This document shows positions 1 through 7,100 of a DNA stretch of 64,000 nucleotides, piece after piece (position 1 is the stretch's first letter; each line of letters opens with the position of its first letter). The notes under the pieces were generated by a model. The model saw only the letters and a list, made by a program, of their open reading frames with translations, was not told where the DNA came from and made no database searches. Source of the stretch: Bacteroidales bacterium (lineage in GTDB: Bacteria; Bacteroidota; Bacteroidia; Bacteroidales; UBA932); the NCBI GenBank assembly GCA_017504965.1, contig JAFVQD010000010.1, positions 761-64,760 on the forward strand, read 5' to 3'. A program made the translations under genes and the position numbers.

Positions 1-1
1 C

Positions 2-1060
2 AGAGACTACCTCAGACTGCAGGCATGGAACTACATTTATGACAATGAAGTAACAAAGCCGAGAACTTCAACAGTACGTTTTGATGACGGAACAGAGTAT
101 GTGGACGTATGGATGGATTCGAGAAAGGCCAGATATGCCCCCGTCCGCAGTACCAGGCTGGGCTACTACAAAAGGATGTATGCAGCCATGGACAAGAGCT
201 GGGAATACGAAAGCCTCAACGACAGCACCGGACTTCTCTCCATTCACACATTTGCCCTGAATGAAGTGGAACTGGACGCAATTGCCGACACCATCAGGGC
301 AGAATCGGCTAAGCCCAACATGATCATTGATGTGAGATTCAACGATGGAGGCCACATCGACCCTATGAACCGACTTCTGTCACTGTTCATGGACAAGCCG
401 TCAGTCGACCTTGAATCGTATCAGATGGTCAATTCGGACTCGACATTCAACAGCTTCAGGTACAGTGCCAATTATGCGGTCAATATGACACCGTTTGCAG
501 ATTTCGTGATGAAGAATGGCAAGGAAGGATACTATAAGGATTCAGACATATATTACCATTCTTCAGACAACGATCTGGAAAACAGCTACAAAGGCAGACT
601 ATACATCTTAACAGACGAGACATCCGTTTCCGCCGCGACATATTTCCCTGCTTACCTTGTCAGAAACCACAGGGCTGTCACAGTCGGAAGGGAAACGAAG
701 ACGGGTTATCATTATATGACCGCGATCAAGTTCGTCGATATCATGCTTCCTAATTCAAAGATACAGGTCAGGATTCCTATGGTCAAGGATGTATTTGATG
801 ATGTCGTGACGCCTCGTACACCGTCCGGACGCGGTCTGCTCCCTGATTATGAAGTTCCTCTGACCTACGAAGAATTGTTTACTGCCGAGAATGACCCTGT
901 TCTGGACAAGGCTCTGGAACTGATTGCAGAAGGCAAGTATCTGGAAGAGAATCCTTTTGCAGTGATCGAGCATGACAGGAAACTGGGCAGGATAGCTCTG
1001 GCTGCAGCTTGTATAGGCCTGATTGCCCTTATGGTTCTCGGATATAGGAAGAGGGGATGA
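2..1060 (+). CDS. S41-family peptidase (C-terminal processing / tail-specific-like), C-terminal part; gene starts upstream of the window
   Basis: The reading frame is open from nt 2, with no stop before the GTG at 101. It contains TDETSVSAATYF followed by VGRETKTG, the Ser/Lys-dyad pattern typical of S41 domains. A C-terminal hydrophobic helix IALAAACIGLIALMVLGY is present. Confidence 0.55.
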   Translation, partial: RDYLRLQAWNYIYDNEVTKPRTSTVRFDDGTEYVDVWMDSRKARYAPVRSTRLGYYKRMYAAMDKSWEYESLNDSTGLLSIHTFALNEVELDAIADTIRAESAKPNMIIDVRFNDGGHIDPMNRLLSLFMDKPSVDLESYQMVNSDSTFNSFRYSANYAVNMTPFADFVMKNGKEGYYKDSDIYYHSSDNDLENSYKGRLYILTDETSVSAATYFPAYLVRNHRAVTVGRETKTGYHYMTAIKFVDIMLPNSKIQVRIPMVKDVFDDVVTPRTPSGRGLLPDYEVPLTYEELFTAENDPVLDKALELIAEGKYLEENPFAVIEHDRKLGRIALAAACIGLIALMVLGYRKRG

Positions 1061-1076
1061 CGGGGCAGAGGTAATG

Positions 1077-1108
1077 AAAAAGCGGTAACTCCATAATGGA
1101 ATTACCGC
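1077..1108 (-). terminator. Intrinsic terminator downstream of the KilA-N gene
   Basis: Hairpin gcggtaa-c-tcca/taa/tgga-a-ttaccgc. On the minus strand it is followed by a TTTTT run (plus-strand aaaaa at 1077-1081). Confidence 0.55.
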
Positions 1109-1144
1109 GAGAAATAGTTTCTTGAGTGTGAATTATAAAGAGAA

Positions 1145-2014
1145 CTATTCTATGAGTTTCGGATCCTCTGATGCGAGCTTTGCGAAGTTCTGTTCTGCAT
1201 TTCTGGATATCAGAACTGCCAGCTGTTCTTCTGCAGTGCGACGCAGGATGGTGAATCTATCTTCTTTTGATACTCCTTGCTTGATAAGCTCAGCATTCAG
1301 GGATTCGATATTGGAGAGAACTATCAGCTGATTGATTGTAGCCGTGTCCCTGATGTTTATTGTCTTTGCAAGTTCAGGATTCGCTTCCTGCCATTGCTTG
1401 GCTGTACAGTCGAATAGAACCATGTTCAGAAGATCTGCTTCGCTTGCATATACGAGACCCTGCTTCATCTGGCTGATGTTGAGTTTTGGAAGGATCACGT
1501 TCTTGATGGCATCGGTGTGGATGTGGTAATTGGCTTTTGAAAGGAGGCGTTTCACGTTCCAGGATAGAGCGAGTTCGCTTCGTTCGAGTTCTACGAGGCG
1601 CTGGTACTCCTTGATGACATAGAGCTTGAACATTGGACTGATTGCGGAGCAGAACTCAAATGCAATGTCTTTATGTGCATAGGTTCCACCATATCGTCCG
1701 GCTTTGGATACGATTCCGATGGCTCCTGTCTTTTCAATCCAGTTGCTGACACTCATTGTAAAGGTTGGTAATCCAGCCTCTTTTCTAAAGTGGTCAAATT
1801 CGACCACTTTAAAATTTGGGTTATATAAGGTTTCCCAAGTACCAAGGAATTCAATGGTGCTACGGTTCCTGATCCAGTTCTTTATGATGTCTGCAGCACG
1901 GGCGTCTCCACCCTTGGCTTTTACAATATCTGTGATACAGATAAAGTCTTCTTCGTTGATTGTAGTCAGGGCTATTTCGATTCCCTGTACATTCATGATA
2001 GATGTCTTTATCAT
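1145..2014 (-). CDS. KilA-N domain-containing DNA-binding protein
   Basis: The N-terminus reads NVQGIEIALTTINEEDFICITDIVKAK...NWIRNRSTIEFLGTWE...TFTMSVSNWIEKTGAIGIVSKAGRYGGTYAHKDIAFEF. This is the characteristic KilA-N / phage-antirepressor-like block common in Bacteroidales accessory DNA. Confidence 0.75.
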   Translation of the reverse strand: MIKTSIMNVQGIEIALTTINEEDFICITDIVKAKGGDARAADIIKNWIRNRSTIEFLGTWETLYNPNFKVVEFDHFRKEAGLPTFTMSVSNWIEKTGAIGIVSKAGRYGGTYAHKDIAFEFCSAISPMFKLYVIKEYQRLVELERSELALSWNVKRLLSKANYHIHTDAIKNVILPKLNISQMKQGLVYASEADLLNMVLFDCTAKQWQEANPELAKTINIRDTATINQLIVLSNIESLNAELIKQGVSKEDRFTILRRTAEEQLAVLISRNAEQNFAKLASEDPKLIE

Positions 2015-2224
2015 AATTCAATCTTTATAATTAACGTTTACAAATATAATATATTGATGTCGTTTCCCTATGGAAAATCGTAGCTAATTGTTGTCGGTTT
2101 CAAGATATTTCAGAATCCAGTCGGCGAAGTCGATCTGGGTGGAGCTCTTCACACCCCTCAAGTTTACTATCTTAGCCTCGCGACCTTGTCCCTCTTCTGA
2201 GAGGGGAATTAGGGGGGGTAAAAG

Positions 2225-2255
2225 AAAAAAGAGTTCAGAAAATCTGAACTCTTTT
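2225..2255 (-). terminator. Intrinsic terminator after tRNA-Lys(CTT)
   Basis: Perfect hairpin gagttcaga/aaa/tctgaactc, flanked by a T-run on the minus strand, immediately 3' of the tRNA. Confidence 0.7.
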
Positions 2256-2261
2256 GGAAGG

Positions 2262-2334
2262 TGCTCCCCCAGGGGATCGAACCCTGGACCCCAACATTAA
2301 GAGTGTCGTGCTCTACCAACTGAGCTAGGGAAGC
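2262..2334 (-). tRNA. tRNA-Lys (anticodon CTT)
   Basis: The reverse complement is GCTTCCCTAGCTCAGTTGGTAGAGCACGACACTCTTAATGTTGGGGTCCAGGGTTCGATCCCCTGGGGGAGCA. It folds as a cloverleaf with a 7-bp acceptor stem (one GU), a T-arm CAGGG/TTCGATC/CCCTG and anticodon loop CT-CTT-AA. Confidence 0.93.
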
Positions 2335-2350
2335 TTCCGTTTTGGGACTG

Positions 2351-2358
2351 CAAATGTA
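2351..2358 (-). promoter_or_regulatory. Bacteroidota -7 promoter box (TACATTTG) for tRNA-Lys(CTT)
   Basis: The reverse complement of caaatgta is TACATTTG, matching the TAnnTTTG consensus about 17 nt upstream of the tRNA 5' end. Confidence 0.6.
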
Positions 2359-2408
2359 AATCATTTCACAAAAAAAACAAAATAATTTTTTCAATCCCTC
2401 GACGGTGA

Positions 2409-3461
2409 TTAATTAAAAGTGTATTCTGAAACATTTTTAATTCCGACCAATCCGAAGTAAGACTCCACTATATTCCCTTTCAGATATACCATCTTTCCGA
2501 GCCACTGGGGGTGATCCACCAGATTAAGGCTATCTCTCACGCCTCCGCTTTTAAGCTCCACTGAGGCACATCCTTCACGACTCCCAACACTCTGACTCTC
2601 TGAGATCATAAGATTTGTTCTGGAGGTAAATGGGGCGGCATAGGTGGCCGATGACGACGTGAGGTCACCCCCCACAATATATCCCTGCACCCAAACCCCT
2701 TCAGATCCTGTCATATTTGGGAGATCCGACACTTTGAGTGCCCTCGACTTGACACTTCCGTCCCTCTCTTTACCATATACGTATTTCTCAGACACCCAAA
2801 CCCTTCCTGTATCTATGGCGATCCCGAAATCTACACCGGTCACATCGGTCAGATCCACAGAAAAACTTATAGTCAGGATCTCATTTGGCTCCAGGTTCCT
2901 GGAGAGAAGGACCCTCGATTTCTCCCCTGTGGCGAGAAGGATATCTACTTTACCGCTGTTGAAGAATGCAATTCTCTCTTCGCTATATGGGTAGACAAGT
3001 GACTCTTCCCCCTGCCTCAAGACCATCTCTGATGATGGGAATTGCCCCTTGAAATCTTCGCCAAAAATCAGTTTCAATCCGGAATTGAGCTGCTCACACA
3101 TAAATATGATGTGGGCCCCGCTATTGTCGATATACATACTCTGGATATCCCCGAAGAGGGGGGTGTCAAAGGCCGGGGCATCAAATTCACACGAGTATAC
3201 AGCGAAAGTGTACTCCCCCTCCGCCAGAGTTATCTCCGACGGTCTGTTTTTATATAGGTCTCTGAATAGTTCCTCTCCGCTCGCCTTATCTGATATGGAG
3301 AGGATAAAATCATTTGTGTCCGGCATCTCGGCCAGGCCACTTCTGGTTAGACTGCCAAAGGAGAAGCTTACCCGGCACTCCCCTCTGTTCCAATTCTCTT
3401 CGCACCCCACCAGAGCTCCCCCCAGCAGGATGACTGACAATAAAATCAAACATCTTCTCAT
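2409..3461 (-). CDS. Hypothetical lipoprotein with a C-terminal OB-like domain of unknown function
   Basis: Lipoprotein signal MRRCLILLSVILLGGALVGC. The C-terminal block VWVQGYIVGGDL...TNLMISES...VELKSG..R..LNLVDHPQWLGKMVYLKGNIVESYFGLVGIKNV resembles the conserved DUF tail seen on Bacteroidales surface lipoproteins and nucleases. No catalytic motif was recognised. Confidence 0.5.
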   Translation of the reverse strand: MRRCLILLSVILLGGALVGCEENWNRGECRVSFSFGSLTRSGLAEMPDTNDFILSISDKASGEELFRDLYKNRPSEITLAEGEYTFAVYSCEFDAPAFDTPLFGDIQSMYIDNSGAHIIFMCEQLNSGLKLIFGEDFKGQFPSSEMVLRQGEESLVYPYSEERIAFFNSGKVDILLATGEKSRVLLSRNLEPNEILTISFSVDLTDVTGVDFGIAIDTGRVWVSEKYVYGKERDGSVKSRALKVSDLPNMTGSEGVWVQGYIVGGDLTSSSATYAAPFTSRTNLMISESQSVGSREGCASVELKSGGVRDSLNLVDHPQWLGKMVYLKGNIVESYFGLVGIKNVSEYTFN

Positions 3462-3598
3462 AATCCTCAGTTTTTTAATTCGAGGACAAAATTACCCTAC
3501 AGAAAATTGGAAACGTGACCAATCTTACAACATCTGCACCTCAAGAATTTTAAAATTCTATATTTATCGCTAATTTTGGTGCAGAAAATTCCAGTATT

Positions 3599-4309
3599 AT
3601 GAAAAAAAGAGAAATTGTTTTCTATGTACTCACTATTGCGGTAGCAATTTTAAGTATTTCGTCTTGTTGCCACCAGTCACAGACTCCCGACCCGAATGCA
3701 GACACCCCTAAGGAGGCAAGTATGCGTGCAGCAGGGCTGGTAGATATTCACGATTACGACACCACTATTGTCGTAGACCTTATCTATGCCAAGCCTCTCA
3801 ATTTTATGGGCAGGACATTGTACCACGATGTAAACAAGGCATTTATGTTGCCGGAATTGGCAGAGAAGCTTGCCAACGCGCAGAAAATTCTGAAAAAGAA
3901 ACGCCTGGATCTTAACCTGATCGTATATGATGCAGCCCGTCCTATCAGCATCCAGAAGGAGATGTGGGCATCGGTGGAAGGTACCGATATGGAGGATTTT
4001 GTGGCCAATCCGGGACGCGGTGCAGGTATGCACAATCTCGGCTCGGCGGTGGATGTGACCCTTATCGACTGCACCGGGCACCCTATCCCGATGGGATCGG
4101 AATATGACTATTTTGGGAGAGAATCCCGTACCAATATTGAGGAGCAGCTTCTGAAAGAGGGGCGTATCACCATCCGTGAGTATGAAAACCGCCGTCTTCT
4201 TCGCGAGGTAATGGTAGAAGCGGGACTCCGCCCCATCGCAGAGGAGTGGTGGCATTTCGACCTGCTCCCTGCGAAAGAGGCCCGTGCTACACTGAAGGTG
4301 ATTGAGTAG
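3599..4309 (+). CDS. ddpX: D-alanyl-D-alanine dipeptidase (VanX/DdpX-like, peptidase M15D), lipoprotein form
   Basis: Matching blocks are DLIYAKPLNFMGRTLY, VYDAARPISIQKEMW, GAGMHNLGSAVDVTLID, GSEYDYFG and EWWHFD (zinc-binding His/Asp and catalytic Glu context). The N-terminal signal carries a Cys (ILSISSCC). Confidence 0.8.
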   Translation: MKKREIVFYVLTIAVAILSISSCCHQSQTPDPNADTPKEASMRAAGLVDIHDYDTTIVVDLIYAKPLNFMGRTLYHDVNKAFMLPELAEKLANAQKILKKKRLDLNLIVYDAARPISIQKEMWASVEGTDMEDFVANPGRGAGMHNLGSAVDVTLIDCTGHPIPMGSEYDYFGRESRTNIEEQLLKEGRITIREYENRRLLREVMVEAGLRPIAEEWWHFDLLPAKEARATLKVIE

Positions 4310-4310
4310 C

Positions 4311-4856
4311 CTAAATAAGCTGTAGCCCCTGCTTCACTTTTTCCACAGTTTCAGCTGGGACCAATGCTTCCGCCAGGCGCAATGCAAACGGAAGGGAGAG
4401 ACCGGCACCCTTGCCGGTTATGAATCGGCCATCGCACTCGACATCTGCACAAGTGCAATTATATTTACCTGTCATCTCATCCAATACGCTTGAGTGGCAG
4501 GTAATTTTTTTCCCTTCTGCCACCCCTGCAGCCTTCAATACAGTGGGTGCTCCGCAAATGGCAGCGACATATTTGCCGTCAGCGGTGTATGACCTGACTG
4601 CCGCGAGGAGATCTCCATTTTCCCTGAGATTTACATATCCGGGGAAGCCACCGGGTAAAATTATCATATCGCCATCACCTATTCCTTCGCTCAGTAGAGT
4701 GTCGGCCTCCACCGCCACTCCGTGGGATGATGTTACTCTGTGAGAATCTGATGCCGATACGGTGACAGTTTCGACTCCGCATCTTCTGAGAATGTCGACC
4801 GGGGTGAGTGCCTCGATCGTCTCGAACCCTTCGGCCAATAAAATGTACGCTTTCAT
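4311..4856 (-). CDS. DJ-1/PfpI family protein
   Basis: MKAYILLAEGFETIEALTPVDILRR...MIILPGG...AAICGAPTVL shows the nucleophile-elbow Cys typical of the DJ-1/ThiJ family. Confidence 0.8.
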   Translation of the reverse strand: MKAYILLAEGFETIEALTPVDILRRCGVETVTVSASDSHRVTSSHGVAVEADTLLSEGIGDGDMIILPGGFPGYVNLRENGDLLAAVRSYTADGKYVAAICGAPTVLKAAGVAEGKKITCHSSVLDEMTGKYNCTCADVECDGRFITGKGAGLSLPFALRLAEALVPAETVEKVKQGLQLI

Positions 4857-4953
4857 AACAGAAGCAAATATACTAAATCGAGGTGAACAATCTTTTTTTT
4901 CTCAAAAAACTTAACAAAATGCAAGAAAAATTTGTGAAGTAAGAAATTCTGAC

Positions 4954-4961
4954 TACATTTG
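4954..4961 (+). promoter_or_regulatory. Bacteroidota -7 promoter box (TACATTTG) with an upstream TTTG (-33) for tRNA-Lys(TTT)
   Basis: TACATTTG lies 17 nt before the tRNA. A TTTG at 4931-4934 gives a 19-nt spacing. Confidence 0.65.
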
Positions 4962-4977
4962 CACTCCCAAAACGGAC

Positions 4978-5050
4978 GATTCGCTAGCTCAGCAGGTAGA
5001 GCACAACACTTTTAATGTTGGGGTCCTGGGTTCGAGCCCCAGGCGGATCA
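4978..5050 (+). tRNA. tRNA-Lys (anticodon TTT)
   Basis: GATTCGCTAGCTCAGCAGGTAGAGCACAACACTTTTAATGTTGGGGTCCTGGGTTCGAGCCCCAGGCGGATCA. Acceptor GATTCGC/GCGGATC, anticodon loop CT-TTT-AA, T-arm CTGGG/TTCGAGC/CCCAG. Confidence 0.93.
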
Positions 5051-5056
5051 CCGGTA

Positions 5057-5087
5057 AGAGCAGCACACTATTGCTGCTCTTTTTTTA
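5057..5087 (+). terminator. Intrinsic terminator after tRNA-Lys(TTT)
   Basis: Hairpin agagcagca/cactat/tgctgctct followed by TTTTTTT. Confidence 0.75.
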
Positions 5088-5099
5088 TTCCATACCCTC

Positions 5100-5693
5100 T
5101 TATTTTTTCAGCTCAGAATACTCTTTTATCTGTTCCAGCAGCTCTTCGGCCTCTCTCTTTACTTTATTATTGATTCTGGTCCCGATAAATCCGCCGATAA
5201 GTCCGCCGACAAGTGCACCACCCATAAAATACAGGTATATCCCATCTTCGTTTAAAATCATATAAGCCTCCACCCCCAGCCATATTACCCATACAAGCAC
5301 CATCGGTAGAGCTATCTTCATCCAGTTCTGATACTCTTGGTGGAGTATGCTCACATTTCTGGCGATCTCCACCATATCGGAGTCGGTTATCTTCACTGAC
5401 CACAACTTCCTGTGATATTTCCAGGTCTTGAATGCACAGAAAAGGAGCATTATGAATGTGGCTCCGCAAAATGTATAACTTGTCCCCAGATGGAGGAAGA
5501 ATCCAGGTGCCCATATCGCTACGAATACCCCCAGAATAAACATTGCACGGCCTGTCCTGTTGATACCTCCCAGCTTGCTCTTCATAGCCTGACGGATCAT
5601 TTTCTGATTGATCACCGTCTGACTGTCCAGTTTCTTTTTAAGGAGATTGAACTGCTCCTTCATCTCATTTATTTCCATAATTCCATTACTCAA
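5100..5693 (-). CDS. Four-TM membrane protein translationally coupled to the ECF sigma factor (possible non-canonical anti-sigma or partner)
   Basis: It overlaps the upstream sigma-factor gene by 8 nt. A coiled N-terminal cytoplasmic segment is followed by about 4 hydrophobic helices. No zf-HC2 or FecR motif was seen. Confidence 0.45.
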   Translation of the reverse strand: MSNGIMEINEMKEQFNLLKKKLDSQTVINQKMIRQAMKSKLGGINRTGRAMFILGVFVAIWAPGFFLHLGTSYTFCGATFIMLLFCAFKTWKYHRKLWSVKITDSDMVEIARNVSILHQEYQNWMKIALPMVLVWVIWLGVEAYMILNEDGIYLYFMGGALVGGLIGGFIGTRINNKVKREAEELLEQIKEYSELKK

Positions 5694-6171
5694 TATTGTT
5701 CATTCTTTTCAATTGTTCCTTTATCCTGACCAGACGGACAGATACGTTCTTCTCACTGATACCCACTATCTCGCCGATCTCTGCATAACTCAAATCCTCG
5801 AGCCATAATAGTACTATGGCTCTGTCAAAAGGTCCAAGTTTGCGGATCCTCTTCTGGAGCATTCTGATCTGTTTTATATCTTCGGTGCTCTCGTCGAAAA
5901 GATCGATACTCATATTCAGAGGGGATCCCTTTACCCTTCTGGCCTGTTTTCTCTGGTGTGACACACAGGTGTTGAAACTTATCCTCCATATCCAGGTGCG
6001 GATGGAGCTTTCCCCCCGGAATTTGTCCAGTCCGTTCCAGATATTTATAAGTATCTCCTGGAACAGATCTGCTACTTCATCGGAGTCTTTGGAGAACATA
6101 TAGCAGACTGTATAGATAGTGCTGCGGTGCTCTCTGATCAAATTTGTAAATTCTTGTTCTGAATGGTTCAT
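5686..6171 (-). CDS. RNA polymerase sigma-70 family, ECF-type sigma factor
   Basis: Region 2 reads DLFQEILINIWNGLDKFRGESSIRTWIWRISFNTCVSHQRK. Region 4 HTH reads LSYAEIGEIVGISEKNVSVRLVRIKEQLK. Confidence 0.88.
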   Translation of the reverse strand: MNHSEQEFTNLIREHRSTIYTVCYMFSKDSDEVADLFQEILINIWNGLDKFRGESSIRTWIWRISFNTCVSHQRKQARRVKGSPLNMSIDLFDESTEDIKQIRMLQKRIRKLGPFDRAIVLLWLEDLSYAEIGEIVGISEKNVSVRLVRIKEQLKRMNNIE

Positions 6172-6242
6172 TCTGTTTTTTTCTTATTGGACTTATAAAT
6201 CTTCCGATCACTACAAAAATAATTATATTTACGCCATAATTT

Positions 6243-7100
6243 ATGTTTCGCTCATCATTCATAGATTTTCTGGAGAAGGAGGGGGTATCTTATACCTCTC
6301 TTGGGGGTAGCTTTGCTTTCCCTGAGCACCACCTGGAGATCATTCTGGTCCCGGCAGACTGTTCGTCAAATGATTGCGTCGGCAGGCCCGATCCCGCTTT
6401 GCCTGACCGCCTCTTCCTCTACGAAGATCGCTGGATCTCGGGAGGCGAGGTTCTCCGAAAGAGAATTCTGGCCCGTCTGGGACGCTTCAGGAGCATCTTT
6501 GCACGCAAGTGCAATGTTGTTTCGGGAAGTTCCATTGCCCCGCAGGTGGCAGATTTTATGGAGAGTTACCACTCCTACGGCAATGCCCGGTGCAAGCACC
6601 GTTATGTCCTCCTCTACGAAGGGGAGATCGTCGCTGCAGCCACCTTCTCCAAGCCGAGGCCGATGCCTCGCGAAGACGGCCGCACCTACCTCTCTTTCGA
6701 ATGGGTCAGATACGCTTCTATCCCCGGAACACGGGTTGTAGGGGGGATGGGGAGAGTGTTGAAAGCCTTCCTGAAGGATGCTGCCGTGATGGGGCAGGAG
6801 GCAGGAATGCCCATCGAGGTGATGAGCTACTCCGATAATGAGTGGTCAGTAGGGGATGCTTATATCCGCTTGGGCTTTAGAGCAATAGGGGAGCGGGCCC
6901 CTGTCAGGTATTTGGTGGATGCCAATACCGGTCAGCGCTATTCTGTGAGAAAATTCTCCCTTCTCCCTGCTGCTGAAGGGCAATTCTATGAAATACATAA
7001 TCAAGGGAGCAGGAAATTTCTCCTAACCTACGATGACAATGTCGTTCTTGGCGCGGTTCAGGGTGAGGGTGATGGTGTCACCGTCAGAGAATCTGTTTGA
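6243..7100 (+). CDS. Hypothetical protein with a GNAT-like acetyltransferase core
   Basis: The ORF is visibly more GC-rich than its neighbours, and several shadow ORFs occur in other frames. The block VRYASIPGTRVVGGMGRVLKAFLKD fits the R/Q-x-x-G-x-G/A acetyl-CoA loop of GNAT folds. Its 3' end overlaps the convergent clpC by 78 nt. Confidence 0.5.
   Translation: MFRSSFIDFLEKEGVSYTSLGGSFAFPEHHLEIILVPADCSSNDCVGRPDPALPDRLFLYEDRWISGGEVLRKRILARLGRFRSIFARKCNVVSGSSIAPQVADFMESYHSYGNARCKHRYVLLYEGEIVAAATFSKPRPMPREDGRTYLSFEWVRYASIPGTRVVGGMGRVLKAFLKDAAVMGQEAGMPIEVMSYSDNEWSVGDAYIRLGFRAIGERAPVRYLVDANTGQRYSVRKFSLLPAAEGQFYEIHNQGSRKFLLTYDDNVVLGAVQGEGDGVTVRESV

Noticed and set aside
2088-2394. ORFs of 70 aa (+) and 61 aa (-) spanning the tRNA-Lys(CTT) gene.
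   Set aside because: Both read through a bona fide tRNA and its terminator or promoter, so they are not coding.
3049-4255. A 174-aa plus ORF antisense to the lipoprotein gene and a 192-aa minus ORF antisense to ddpX.
   Set aside because: The opposite-strand genes have clear signal peptides and family motifs. These ORFs lack both and have an odd composition.
6301-6838. Additional ORFs (146 aa, 109 aa, 77 aa) in other frames within 6243-7100.
   Set aside because: They are shadow ORFs typical of a locally GC-rich coding region. They are Arg/Pro/Ala-rich and nested inside the longer, more protein-like frame.
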